Of a DNA stretch of 64,000 nucleotides, positions 52,871-64,000 are shown piece after piece. Source of the stretch: Octopus sinensis (lineage: Eukaryota). The stretch lies in assembly GCF_006345805.1 (NCBI RefSeq), contig NW_021832714.1:1-64000 (forward strand), given 5' to 3'. Every line of letters starts with the position of its first letter. The first letter of the stretch is position 1. The notes beneath the pieces were generated by a model. That model made no database searches and was not told the DNA's origin. It saw nothing but the letters and a program-made list of their open reading frames with translations. The translations under genes and the position numbers were made by a program.

Positions 52871-55175
52871 GGTCTCAAAGAACTTTTCTATACTTGTCCA
52901 ACTTGAAAGTTCGTTTTATGTTACATGAAATGTGTATAGAGTTTCATGTAATGTAAGCAAGGATTGTTGGAACTTTACGGTAAAACAGCGGAGTGGTAAA
53001 AGAGTTTGCTCAGAGACTAAGGTTTACTAAATTAGGAATCAGACCACTGTCTGTATTTCTAAGACTTAGTATAATTTCTTTAATGAAAGCGGTTTAAAAC
53101 AAATAAAGTCAGCTGTGAAATAATATGTTTAATTACAACAATGGAGTAAAAGATGGTGGAGATAGGTTTGGAAAAGTGAGCAGCTCGAAAACATATGATT
53201 TATGAAGTGGATGATTTATGAAGTTAGTCTGCAATATTTGAGGCTGTTTGTGGTTCCATGGCTGGGGTCATTGTCGCCAACAAAGTCATCCGGCAAAAGA
53301 AAAGGCCGAATACAGTTCATTGACAGCAGAGTTTGTAACATAAAATACACGAGGTATGATGACAGAAGGTTTGTAAATCTATCTCTGGTTTTGAAAGACA
53401 ATGTACTTGAGTAAATTTTAATGCGTTTATACATCAAGATGTAGATGTATCAACCGATATACAATGTGAGGTTTGCAAAAAGGCATGTCAAAACCTGGAA
53501 GATTTAAAGAGTCAGTGATGAAAGCATAATTCTTTAAATGGCTAGTGATGATCATCTTCAGATACAACGGGTCTACCATAGTACACACACATACACCCAC
53601 GCACGCACACACACATATACACACACAAACACACACATACACATACACATAACCAAGTTAAGAAAATCGTTTCGCAGCCGCGCAATTTTGTCAAAAATGT
53701 TCAAAGTAAACCGTGTTCTGCGTGAGAAATTCCACCAGTATACGAAGTTTCAAACTTCAAAATTAATTTTAAAAACCTGAGAGCCAAATTGAACAGATCC
53801 GGGTTCAGTTCCACTGCGTGACACTTTGATCAAGCGTCTTCTACAATAGCTCTTGACTGAGTACTGCCTTGGGAGTGAATTTGCATTTATACATACGTAC
53901 GTACGTACATACATACATGTGTGTTCGTGTGTGTGTGTGTGTGTACATGTGCTTCCTTGTATTCCCCCACTTAACATGCGGTGATGTTTTGTTTTACATC
54001 CTTATAACTTACACACAAACACACACACACACGGACCATGTGAATGAAAGGCATGGGGTCCAGCATCAGATGGTAGCAAAAATGAACTTTTAATGGACCC
54101 CAACACTTAATGAGGTTTTCAATATTCTGTTAGTTTTAAATTTTCAGAGATACGGCATGATGTTCTTTCTATTTTTTTGATTGGGGTTATTATATCTATT
54201 TCTAATCACAGAGGGGACAAACAAGGACAGACAAACGAATTAAGTCGTTTATATCGACCCCAGAACGTAACTGGTACTTAATTTATCGACCCCGAATGGA
54301 TGAAAGGTAAAGTCGACCTCGGCGGAATTTGAACTCGGAACGTAACGGCAGACGAAATACGGCTACGCATTTCGCTCGGTGTGCTAACGGTTCTGCCAAC
54401 TCGCCGCCTTTGGGGGTTATTATATAATTAATGTAATATTTTACAGCTGAGTGAAGTGTTTAAACTAAAATAATAAAGGGCCGAAGACAAAACAAATACG
54501 GACAATGCAACACAAGTGGGATTTGGCACAATGACATGTATAAAATAAATAACAATAATAATTAACAATTAAATGAAATAATAAAAATTCCTCAAAAGAA
54601 TAAAAATTATGATTTAAAAATTGCTTGTTTTTTTTTGTCCTAGTTTTTTAGAGTCTGTTTTTCTCTAGGGTTTTTTGCCTTAGGGGAGGGATTTGTCCTA
54701 CACTCCACACACACACAACGATGGAGAAAATAACTAATTGTCTTAAAGTAAATAGTAGGGTGATAAATATTCGACGTCGAGACCCGTCATGGCCGCAGAC
54801 CAGTAAAAGCTAAACTTAAGGGGTCAGTGACTTATTGCTGCTGTTGTTTAACGTATGTTCAGCCCTGACCAAAGAGAACTAGGATTAGTAGCGTTCCAGT
54901 CGTGGCCAATCCCGTATTTCATCATATTTACAACTACATTGTCCAAAGTTAGCTTTCGCGGTGGTTGGGGGTTGATTTGAAGGAGATTAGGCTGCTGTTT
55001 CTAGCAGAATGAGCAAAACCGTTGAGGTGGTGTGATGTGATATGACCTATGGACCTCCCCCTCTCACTCTGTCTTTTTCCCTCTCTCTTGCTAACTTGAC
55101 TCCCTCCATGCATGTCTTTCAGCACGGCACTGTTAACACCTGGCAATACAACACTCCAGCACACTACCCAGATAT

Positions 55176-55206
<31 letters not shown>

Positions 55207-55381
55207 CTGTTAGGAGCAGCAGCAGTAGCAGCTACCGCAACATTATCATCACTCACTGCCACCACGATTACCACCACCGCCTCTCTTCTATAATATAATC
55301 ACCTTTCCATCACTACCCCCAAAACAACAGCAACAGCAACAACAACAACAACAACAACAACAAAACAACAACAACTACACA

Positions 55382-55438
<57 letters not shown>

Positions 55439-56058
55439 CTGCTCTCTACCAACTTACCAACTGCCTTTGCAAGCATTCGTCCATTAATACCATCACCATC
55501 ACCATCACCACCACCACCACCACTACCACCACTACCAGCAGCAGCAGCAGCAATAGCACCTCCACCACCACCACCACCCATCGTTACCAGCTACAGTTTT
55601 GATAGAGGCACCAGGTTTTAGCCCAAATATGACCCTTCACCCTTAGACGTCCACAATGTTCACAATACGATCAACAGGTTGCCGATTTCGTTTTAATAAA
55701 TTTCCAAAATAACGACTGCTCTCATTTATATGCAAACCTCGTTGTAGCTGCTGTTGAGACTTCCTCTCTCTTTCCTAGGTCAGCCCTGTCTGATATGACA
55801 GACCTTTCATCACTAAAGACGTCCCAGAGCTGTGACCACCTCCGTCTATACACAACCTGTTTGCTTATATGACGTGGCTGTGTGGTAGGAAGCTCGCTTC
55901 CCAACCACATGGTTTCGGGTTTAGTCCCGGACCGACCAAAACCTTGCGAGTAGATTTGGTAGACGGAAACTGAAAGAAGCCCGTGGTATATATATATATA
56001 TATGATAGATCGTTAGCTACTACACACATTTTTTTCTCTCCTTGTTTTTTCTGTATTC

Positions 56059-56094
56059 CTTTCTGTAGAAGAGCGTAGGCTCGAAACGTAAAAG
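56059..56094 (+). ncRNA. Minimal hammerhead variant (core CUGUAGA) in repeat about 56005-56188
   Basis: Identical to 49201-49236. Confidence 0.7.
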
Positions 56095-56181
56095 ACTTTT
56101 TCTATTCCTGAGCGTTATACTAATACATCTGTTTGTTTGTACACCACGTGCCTTCGTCTTTTGCTTATTTTCGTAAACTCT

Positions 56182-56243
<62 letters not shown>

Positions 56244-56291
56244 TTATATATATATATATATATAATATATGCGTGTGTGTGTGGTGTATAT

Positions 56292-56326
<35 letters not shown>

Positions 56327-56467
56327 ATATATATATGCGTGTGTGTGTGGTGTGTGTGTGTATATAGATACATACATACATATATATATCCTTATCTTCT
56401 TGGAGGTGTTAGGTAAAATTATACTAATATGTTCATCTGTTTTAATTAAATTTATTTCTATGTATTT

Positions 56468-56557
56468 ATGCGGCTGAAGATTGATCTGCATTTTTAAATT
56501 GATGAAATGGTTGCATTGTTCAATTAAATGGAGTTACTTGAAACGATCGTACTGCAT
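56468..56557 (+). ncRNA. Hammerhead motif with long stem II insertion
   Basis: AUGCGG-CUGAAGA-(59 nt including AAUUGA/UCAAUU hairpin)-GAAA-CGAUCG-UA-CUGCAU. 6-bp stem I; palindrome ACGAUCGU; base of stem II poorly paired. Confidence 0.65.
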
Positions 56558-56662
56558 TACCTCTGGATATCCTGTTGCTTATTTTGAAACTGTATGGATA
56601 ATACCGTACTAAATTCTGGTGCCTCAACTTAAGAACCTAATTCATATGAATCTAATGTTGCT

Positions 56663-56693
<31 letters not shown>

Positions 56694-56699
56694 TATATA

Positions 56700-56737
<38 letters not shown>

Positions 56738-56740
<3 letters not shown>

Positions 56741-56852
56741 GAATGGTTGTATACTGTCAATCTAACAAGAACGTGACAGTAGGGGGTACACCACCGCTGT
56801 ATATACCCTACTGTCACGTTCTTGTTAGATTGACAGTATACAACCATTCTAT
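56738..56852. repeat. Perfect 47-bp inverted repeat with 21-nt loop
   Basis: ATAGAATGGTTGTATACTGTCAATCTAACAAGAACGTGACAGTAGGG and its exact reverse complement; starts directly after (TA)n. Confidence 0.95.
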
Positions 56853-56902
56853 ACGCCCCACCACCGTACATGTCTCTACGAGAGATTTAGAAATTCAATT
56901 TT

Positions 56903-56946
<44 letters not shown>

Positions 56947-57057
56947 TTAATTAATAAATCTTAGGGTAGCAAAAAATTTTTTAGAAAAATTCCTTGCTAC
57001 CAGTGGTCTAGCGAGAAAGAAAGATTAGCCAATAGACTATATATCATTCATAGAGAA

Positions 57058-57308
57058 ATACAGTGTACATTTAAACACATAAGAGATGACCATAATGGGA
57101 CATCTGACTCACTAGAAAGAGCAGCTAAACTCCAAACCACGAATAGTTGTAATTCTGAAAGGGAATGAAAAATAAAGAAATGGGGTAAATGTTTTTTCAT
57201 TTTTCATTCCCTTTCAGAATTACAACTATAAGTGGTTTGGAGTTTAACTGCTCTTTCTAGTGAGTCAGATGTCCCATTATGGTCATCTCTTATGTGTTTA
57301 AATGTACA

Positions 57309-57314
<6 letters not shown>
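57058..57314. repeat. Fold-back inverted repeat, 116-bp arms, 25-nt loop
   Basis: 57058-57173 versus 57199-57314, three mismatches by eye; abuts (TA)n. Confidence 0.95.
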
Positions 57315-57352
<38 letters not shown>

Positions 57353-57358
<6 letters not shown>

Positions 57359-57820
57359 AGAGTTTACGAAAAAAACAAAAGACGAAGACAGGTGGTGTAC
57401 AAAACAAACAGATGTATTAGTATAACGCTCAGGAATAGAAAAAGTCTTTTACGTTTCGAGCCTACGCTCTTCTACAGAAAGGAACACAGAAAAAACAAGG
57501 AGAGAAAAAAATGTGTGTAGTGGCTAACGATCTATCATGGCGACTGCCAGACAGAAGGGTCACACAAAGACCAGAAAATACAGGAAAGTTTAGAAAGTAT
57601 AAAAATAAAGAAATGATAATAATAACAGTTTTACGTAAAGTTCAAAGGTTTCTTGACGTCGTGGTGTATGGCAAGGATTTCTCATCAAGAGTAGAGTCCA
57701 CGGTGATCCGTAGGTAGGAGAGGTGCAGCCGGAGGATAAAAGGGTAGATAGAGAGTCGAGTGGAGAAGTTCGTGTGTGGTAAGAAATGACAGGATCAACA
57801 TGTGCGGCCACGTGAGCGCG
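57353..57820 (-). mobile_element. HHR-bearing terminal repeat (HHR at 57446-57481) joined inverted to the PLE ORF
   Basis: About 200 bp nearly identical to 49086-49300 and to 56005-56188 (reverse); extends to about 57820, where the PLE coding sequence begins on the opposite strand. Confidence 0.75.
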
Positions 57821-57822
57821 TG

Positions 57823-59630
57823 CACCAATTACCCTTATCAGCTCACAAATAAACAAAAACACAGACCAAACTTCAACAAAAGAGAATGGAACGACCTTAA
57901 CGAACTAAAAGATGATAAAACCATAACAATCAAAGAGGCAGACACAGGTAATGCAGTAGTTCTAATAAACACGAAGGATTATAAAAATCTAGTACTATCT
58001 CTATTAGGGGATGAGGCGTATTACGAAAGGGCCCAACACTATAGACAACAGAAAATAATGAATAATCTCATACCGAGGACACACAGACAAGGATTACGAT
58101 TACATTACCAATTTCAAGTGTAAATCAAGTTTATTCTACGGTATCCCCCAGATCCACAAAAGCAGAAAAATAAACGAGGCATGCAAAGAAGCCAGAGACA
58201 ATCACCAAGGTCCCCTCACCTAATGACCTAAAACTAAGACCAATAATAGCAGGTCCAGCATGCGAAACCCACCGCCTCAGCAACTTCCTAGACACTCCAC
58301 TCAAACACATCAAGAGCTACATAAGGGATGATCTGGACATGCTCAACCACCTCCCAAAAACGGTCAATGAGAAAACCCTACTAGTAGCCTTGGACGTAGT
58401 TAACCTGTATTCAAACATCCCCCACATTCTAGGAATAGAAGCAATCACATTCTGGTTAGACAACTACACCTATGGATTCCCCTCTCGCATAAAAAAAGAA
58501 CCCATAAGAGAAGGACTAAGATTTATCCTAGGGAACAATTATTTTATATTCAATAATGACTACTTCCGGCAAAAATTGGGGACAGCAATGGGAACACGAA
58601 CTGCACCTTCTTTTGCGAACCTGGTAAAGGGCTATCTCGAAATTAAAGTATACCAGAAAACACTCGAGAAATATGAAAACCCCTTTTCCACCTACATTCA
58701 AAACAACTGGAAAAGATATCTCGATGACTGCTTCATCCTCTGGAATGACAATGTAGAAAAACTTAATGAATTCAAAACACTTCTAAATGGAATAAATTAA
58801 AACCTCCAATTTACGATAGAGTATAACCAGGAACAACTGCCGTTTTTAGAAATTCTTATTAGGAAAGTCGGGAACAAAATAGAGACAAATATCTATTACA
58901 AACCCACGGACTCGAAACAGTACCTGCCGTTTAATTCTTGCCACCCGAGACACAACAGGATGAATATCCCCTTTAGTTTAGTCATAAGAATATGCACAAT
59001 AGTATACCCGTTATACACGACTCCAAGAAGTAAAAACTACACTCATCAATAGGAATTACCCGCAATCCTTAATCAACAATACGATCCAACGAGTCCTTAA
59101 TTTCAATACACAAGAACTTAGGCAACCAAGACCAAAGAAGGAAGAAAAATTGAAAACCCTGCCTTACATCTCCACACACAACCCACATAAAAATGAGGCC
59201 TTCAACGCTATACTCCATAGAACAGCTCTACTCAAGAGGGACCCAAAGATGAATCAAATCCTCCAAACACACACCATCATCAAAAGTAAGAGACAGCCAA
59301 AATCAATGAAGAGGATTTTAACCCAGGCCAAATTAGAATCAACAATAACCACAAAGCCGACAGTAAAAATGTGTGGGAGGCCAAACTGTGGGATCTGTAT
59401 CAACATAATAGAAGGATCAGAATACCGAATTGAACAAGGCCATAATGTTACCATAAAAACTAACGCTACATGTGCATCGGAGAATTTGATTTACTTAGTT
59501 ACATGCTCGGGATGCAAACGTCAATATATTGGACACACAAAAAACAGCCTACGTCAGAGGATGGCGGTGCACAAATCCCAAATTAGAATTCCGGAATACA
59601 GGAAAGTCCATTTCTGTGAAGATCTCAGGG
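57823..59630 (+). mobile_element. Near-full, degenerate Penelope-like element (RT plus GIY-YIG, Neptune-like linker)
   Basis: ITIKEADTGNAVV, FYGIPQIHK, LRPIIAGP, ALDVVNLYSNIPH, GTAMGTRTAPSFANL, WKRYLDDCF, LPFLEI, YYKPTDSKQYL, linker CGRPNCGIC, NLIYLVTCSGCKRQYIGHT...RQRMAVH. Frameshifts and an internal stop at 58798-58800; both ends truncated. Confidence 0.93.
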
Positions 59631-60307
59631 GAGATAACTTTTCGACGACTGTTATTGTATGTACATGTTAAAGTAATTTGTAAATTGGCGACTCATTTCG
59701 AATGTAAACAAAAATATTTGAAAGTTTACAAAAGAGAACTTGAAAGGAATTGCCAATTTGCAATTATTTTTAGCTTTATTTTTCTTTTATATAGCAAATG
59801 TCTTAATTTCCACGATGCTACCTTCAATTAACTACATCATGCTGTTGAGAAATGACAACAGAAATCTATAATAACGATATTTGATAATCGACATTTAAGC
59901 ATTTGCTTACTCGTTTCATTCGCTCAGGAGATTAAAGTTTAATTGTGTTCATTCCTGATTTTTTTTATTCCATATTATTCATTCCCGCAGTTATGTGTCG
60001 AAGCAAAAGATCATCGTATTGTTTCCAAAACAACCATCAAATTTGTTTGTGTGCGTGTGTGTGAGTAAGTGTGTGTGCATGCGTGCATGTGTGCGTGTGC
60101 GTGCGTGAGTACGTGAGCTTCTATTGTTTAAAATCAACAAAGAGGGTAATTTTTAATTTTTCCATTTTGTTTTCACATACGGCAAGTTTCCTCTCGGATT
60201 CATTGTTGAAGTTTTTTCATATTCTTATCAAAGAAGACAGTAGATTTTCTACTCTTAACAGTAACAATGGAATATATATAATAATATATATATATATATA
60301 TAATATA

Positions 60308-60390
<83 letters not shown>

Positions 60391-60403
60391 GTATGTATGT
60401 ATG

Positions 60404-60448
<45 letters not shown>

Positions 60449-60479
60449 TATATATATATAATATTTATCATATTATATT

Positions 60480-61100
60480 ATATAGAGGGGGGACTTTTAA
60501 AGTCAAAACTACTAAAATAAATAAACATATCGTACCGAATGCAACTCTCGAAGCAAGTCACTTAAAAACAGAATTCAGCTGCAGATCCCCTGTGATTTCG
60601 TAATCAGTGTAGTGCTTTGCACTCTTTACTCATCAGTGCAAGCATAATTCAAGATTTATAATGAATGAAGAAAAACAACATACCAGACGAACAACCATCG
60701 TATCCACCGTAGTATATAGAACTGTTCACCCCTTATACATCTATGTAAATGGCGGGCTTTTTCGAATTGCATTTTAGTAACAACGTGCTTATTCGGAATA
60801 AAAATTCAGTATTGAATATACTCCGGTTAAATACATTATTTAAAAATAGGATAAAATCTTCATAAGATTTATCTAGTTGTTAGCGTGAAAAACTTCATAA
60901 GAAAAAAAATCCACCAATTTTTTCACTTAAATATATTTATTTATATTATATAGAGGACATTATTATACATAAATGCCACACGCTAGGAGGGACTCTTAAA
61001 ATGAAAACTACTAAAATAAATAAACATATCGTACCGAATGCAACTCTCGAAGCAAGTCACTTAAAAACAGAATTCAGCTGCAGATCACCTGCGTAATTTT
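60480..61100 (-). mobile_element. Retrozyme-like / PLE-terminal-repeat unit with direct repeats 499 bp apart
   Basis: Identical 83-bp blocks at 60505-60587 and 61004-61086, each containing the UC cleavage dinucleotide and downstream sequence; non-coding AT-rich interior. Confidence 0.7.
60579..60641 (-). ncRNA. Canonical type I hammerhead ribozyme
   Basis: UUGCA-CUGAUGA-GUAA[AG AGUGC AAA GCACU ACACUGA]UUAC-GAAA-UC ACAGGG GA-UC-UGCAG. All core nucleotides intact; stems I (5 bp), II (4 bp plus 5-bp hairpin) and III (3 bp) pair; predicted cut between 60584 and 60583. Confidence 0.88.
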
Positions 61101-61503
61101 TAATATATACGAATGTACTGTGCACCCGTAACATCGTCAGGCGCGTTTTTCTAGAATGTATACAGTGTACTATATTTCAAATGAAAAAATCAATATGTTT
61201 GGTGGTTTAAGATTATATATCAGTTGGTGTGACAAGCCTGAGAACTCGAGGGTACATGAACTAGATCAAGCTGACCGTAAATGCTCTGCAACTAAAAGAA
61301 TATATTTCTACCATTGACGTCAGAAACCCTGCTTTTCTGTTATTGGTCTAAAATAAAACATATGCATGCACACAATGCCTAATGTCATGATTCTGCGTTT
61401 AACTGAAGAGAGACATTCATTTAGAAGTTGTGGTAAAACCGGCTGATCACCAGCTCGGTTTTGCAGCTCACTGACAAGCAATGCTCATACATACATGCAT
61501 GCA

Positions 61504-61537
<34 letters not shown>

Positions 61538-61548
61538 CACAATACATC

Positions 61549-61585
<37 letters not shown>

Positions 61586-61714
61586 GTTCAGGCTTCCTCC
61601 GCTAGAAGCCACTTGATGCAACCCTCAGGCATCGGTCTGCCGATCGGCGGCGTCCGCAGCTGTCGTACTGCCACGTGATGCGTCTTTGTTTTGCAGTGCT
61701 TCTCCCCTATTCGT

Positions 61715-61890
61715 CGATTTTTGCGTTGGCTGAAATGAAGGAATAGCGTGCTTCCATGAAATTCCGTTTCCTGCTGGCTGAAACAGTTGTCATGCTTCAA
61801 ACAGGTTACAAAGATGCTACCATGAGCAAAACACAAGTTTACAAGTGGTTTTCACTCTTTAGGAAAAGTCACTTGTTGCTTGAAGACTGT
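61715..61890 (+). mobile_element. Mariner transposase N-terminal remnant
   Basis: E*RASMKFRFLLAETVVMLQTGYKDATMSKTQVYKWFSLFRKSHLLLED (HTH region). Confidence 0.75.
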
Positions 61891-64000
61891 TGTGGCGAGA
61901 GTCGAGGCACACCCTGCGAGAATAGACTTGACCGAACGACTGTAAATAGTAGCGGTCTGAGTGAGAGACTAGACAGAGTGAGTTTTAATCGAGGTAAGTC
62001 GTAAGGTGTCGTTTTGGTAGTTTGTCGGAATATCGTTGGTTCGTGAAGAGTTCATGGAGAGTTTGTTGGATTGTTACGTTGGTGTTACTCAGCTTCGTTA
62101 GATATTCTGTAGTTACTACACGGTTATAGTGTAAAAATGTTTCGTTATAATAACTGGCGATAAAACAATATGCCACTCAGTCGGACTGAACCCGGAACCA
62201 TGTGGTTGGTATGCAAGCTACTTACCATACACCCACTCCTGTATATATAAACAGTCACACAAACCATATTTTCTTTTGTTTCAATTTCAGACAAACTTTT
62301 GAAATTTTTATGAAATTCTTACATTTTTTTTCTTATTTTTCAAAATAAAAAAAACAAAAAACAATATTGTAACTGCAGTTGTTGTTATTCCGCAATTAAA
62401 AGAAAAACATAAATATTAGAAAATATGATGATAAAATAAAGAAATCCATCTTATTAAAACAGCTTTTATTAAGAACAGAATCGGCAGAGCATCGGATACA
62501 ATGCTTTGTCGTTGGTTCATAGCTACGTTCCTCAATGTTTTTTTCATTCCGAAATACAAAAACGTTCTTGGAGGTTTTGAACGTCTAATGTTAAATGTTC
62601 CTGTATCATTACACTCACACCATCGCCGCCGCCTTAGCTGCCACTGCCACCGCCACCACCATTTTTTTCGTGATCACCACTGCCCTAACCTTCCTTCCTC
62701 ATCTAAATTCTGGTCCGTCCTAACTGAACATCAGCCGCAATAATTCAATCTCGACTACATATGGAAAGGAGCAAAGTTCATGGGCACTGTACCGCCTTCA
62801 TCTGCTGACTACCTTATAAACAACACAACAACAACAACAACAACAATAAAAAGTAAAAGGTCAAAAATAAAAGCCAGGAGATAAGAGAGAAAATCTTGGA
62901 AATTTACCAAAGAATTCTTGTACAGAAATAAATGTTACCATTTTATAGAATTGTCCATGTTGGAGGTTTTATTCCCAACTTTGTTCTCTCAAAGTCAGCT
63001 TTACACGAAATAGCAATTTCTACCTACATCAGCTTTATTATACTCCCAATCATTTGTCTTTCTCTCTCGTTCTTCTATTATTGCCTCTATACGTCTCTAT
63101 TCTGTTCCCTGTCTCTCTCTTTCACACACACACACACACACACACACGCACTCTTCCTCTGTCTCCGTCTTTCTCTCTCCCTGTTTCTTTCATCTCTTTT
63201 GGTATCTATTTACAAATTACACATGTATGTATGTATGTATGTATGTATGTATGTATGTATGTATGTATGTATGTATGTATATGTGTATATGTATGTATGT
63301 ATGTATGTATATGTGTGTATGTATGTATGTATGTATGTATGTGTGTATGTATGTATGTGTGTGTATGTATGTATGTATATATGTATGTATGTGTGGTTGT
63401 GTGCGTCTGTGAATACACACACACGTGCGCGTACGTGCGCACACACACACACCTATACAACGTGTACGCTCATATTTAGTACGTATATGTATTTGTATCT
63501 GCGTTAGACCGTATGTAAAGTGTTGCCATGTTCCTTGCTCATAGGAACTACAGACATTCCATAATAACTGTTCTATTCCACACTCTCTATATTTTTTAAC
63601 CTTATTTTGTTATTGTTAACATTTCTTGAGATGTGAAAACAATCAAAGTTACCATTTTCCAATTCTAGGTGCTCTTATAGCTTTTCCATCCATTTTCCAG
63701 AACCATGAGTGATCTCTGAAGAATTCCAGCAATGTCCATTTTACTATAATTTTCTCACTTTTGTTGATAAACCTATAATCATTTATATCATATCGCCAAT
63801 TGTGAACAATAGCGTCGCGGGGATTCTAACAAGCTAGAATTCTATGTTCCTGACAGCCAGACAGATAGACAAACAATTTGTAACTCGTTTTTAAAGACTT
63901 CTTTCGAAGACCACCGTTTTCCGTCGCTATTTGCGCGTCTATAACCGTCAGTGATGTATACATCCCTATACATTACAAACACACACACACAACACGCAGA

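Noticed and set aside
61889-62166. Solo LTR-like segment TG...CA after the mariner remnant
   Set aside because: Flanks (AAGAC versus ATATG) do not form a TSD; no PBS or PPT seen.

Overview
Eukaryotic, AT-rich and extremely microsatellite-dense DNA, almost entirely intronic or intergenic. The microsatellite load, tRNA-derived SINE families and LINE set match what I recall of octopus (coleoid cephalopod) genomes; this assignment is inference, not a database result. No intact protein-coding gene is recognisable, and nearly all long ORFs in the track are microsatellite read-through or retroelement remnants. Supported content: Penelope-like elements (PLEs; RT and GIY-YIG fragments, including a near-full degenerate ORF at 57.8-59.6 kb), RTE, CR1 and R4/Dong LINE fragments, mariner and hAT remnants, and three SINE families. 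The most notable signal is non-coding: about a dozen type I hammerhead ribozyme (HHR) motifs from several distinct repeat families. One is fully canonical and sits in a 499-nt direct-repeat unit (60.5-61.1 kb). A young family has a recurrent non-canonical CUGUAGA core, and another has a hairpin-expanded stem II. In one PLE the inversion junction falls exactly on the predicted cleavage site. Seven long fold-back palindromes also occur, mostly beside microsatellites. A speculative three-exon PAN/apple-like gene remnant may lie at 2.6-15.7 kb. All alignments and folds were done by eye.
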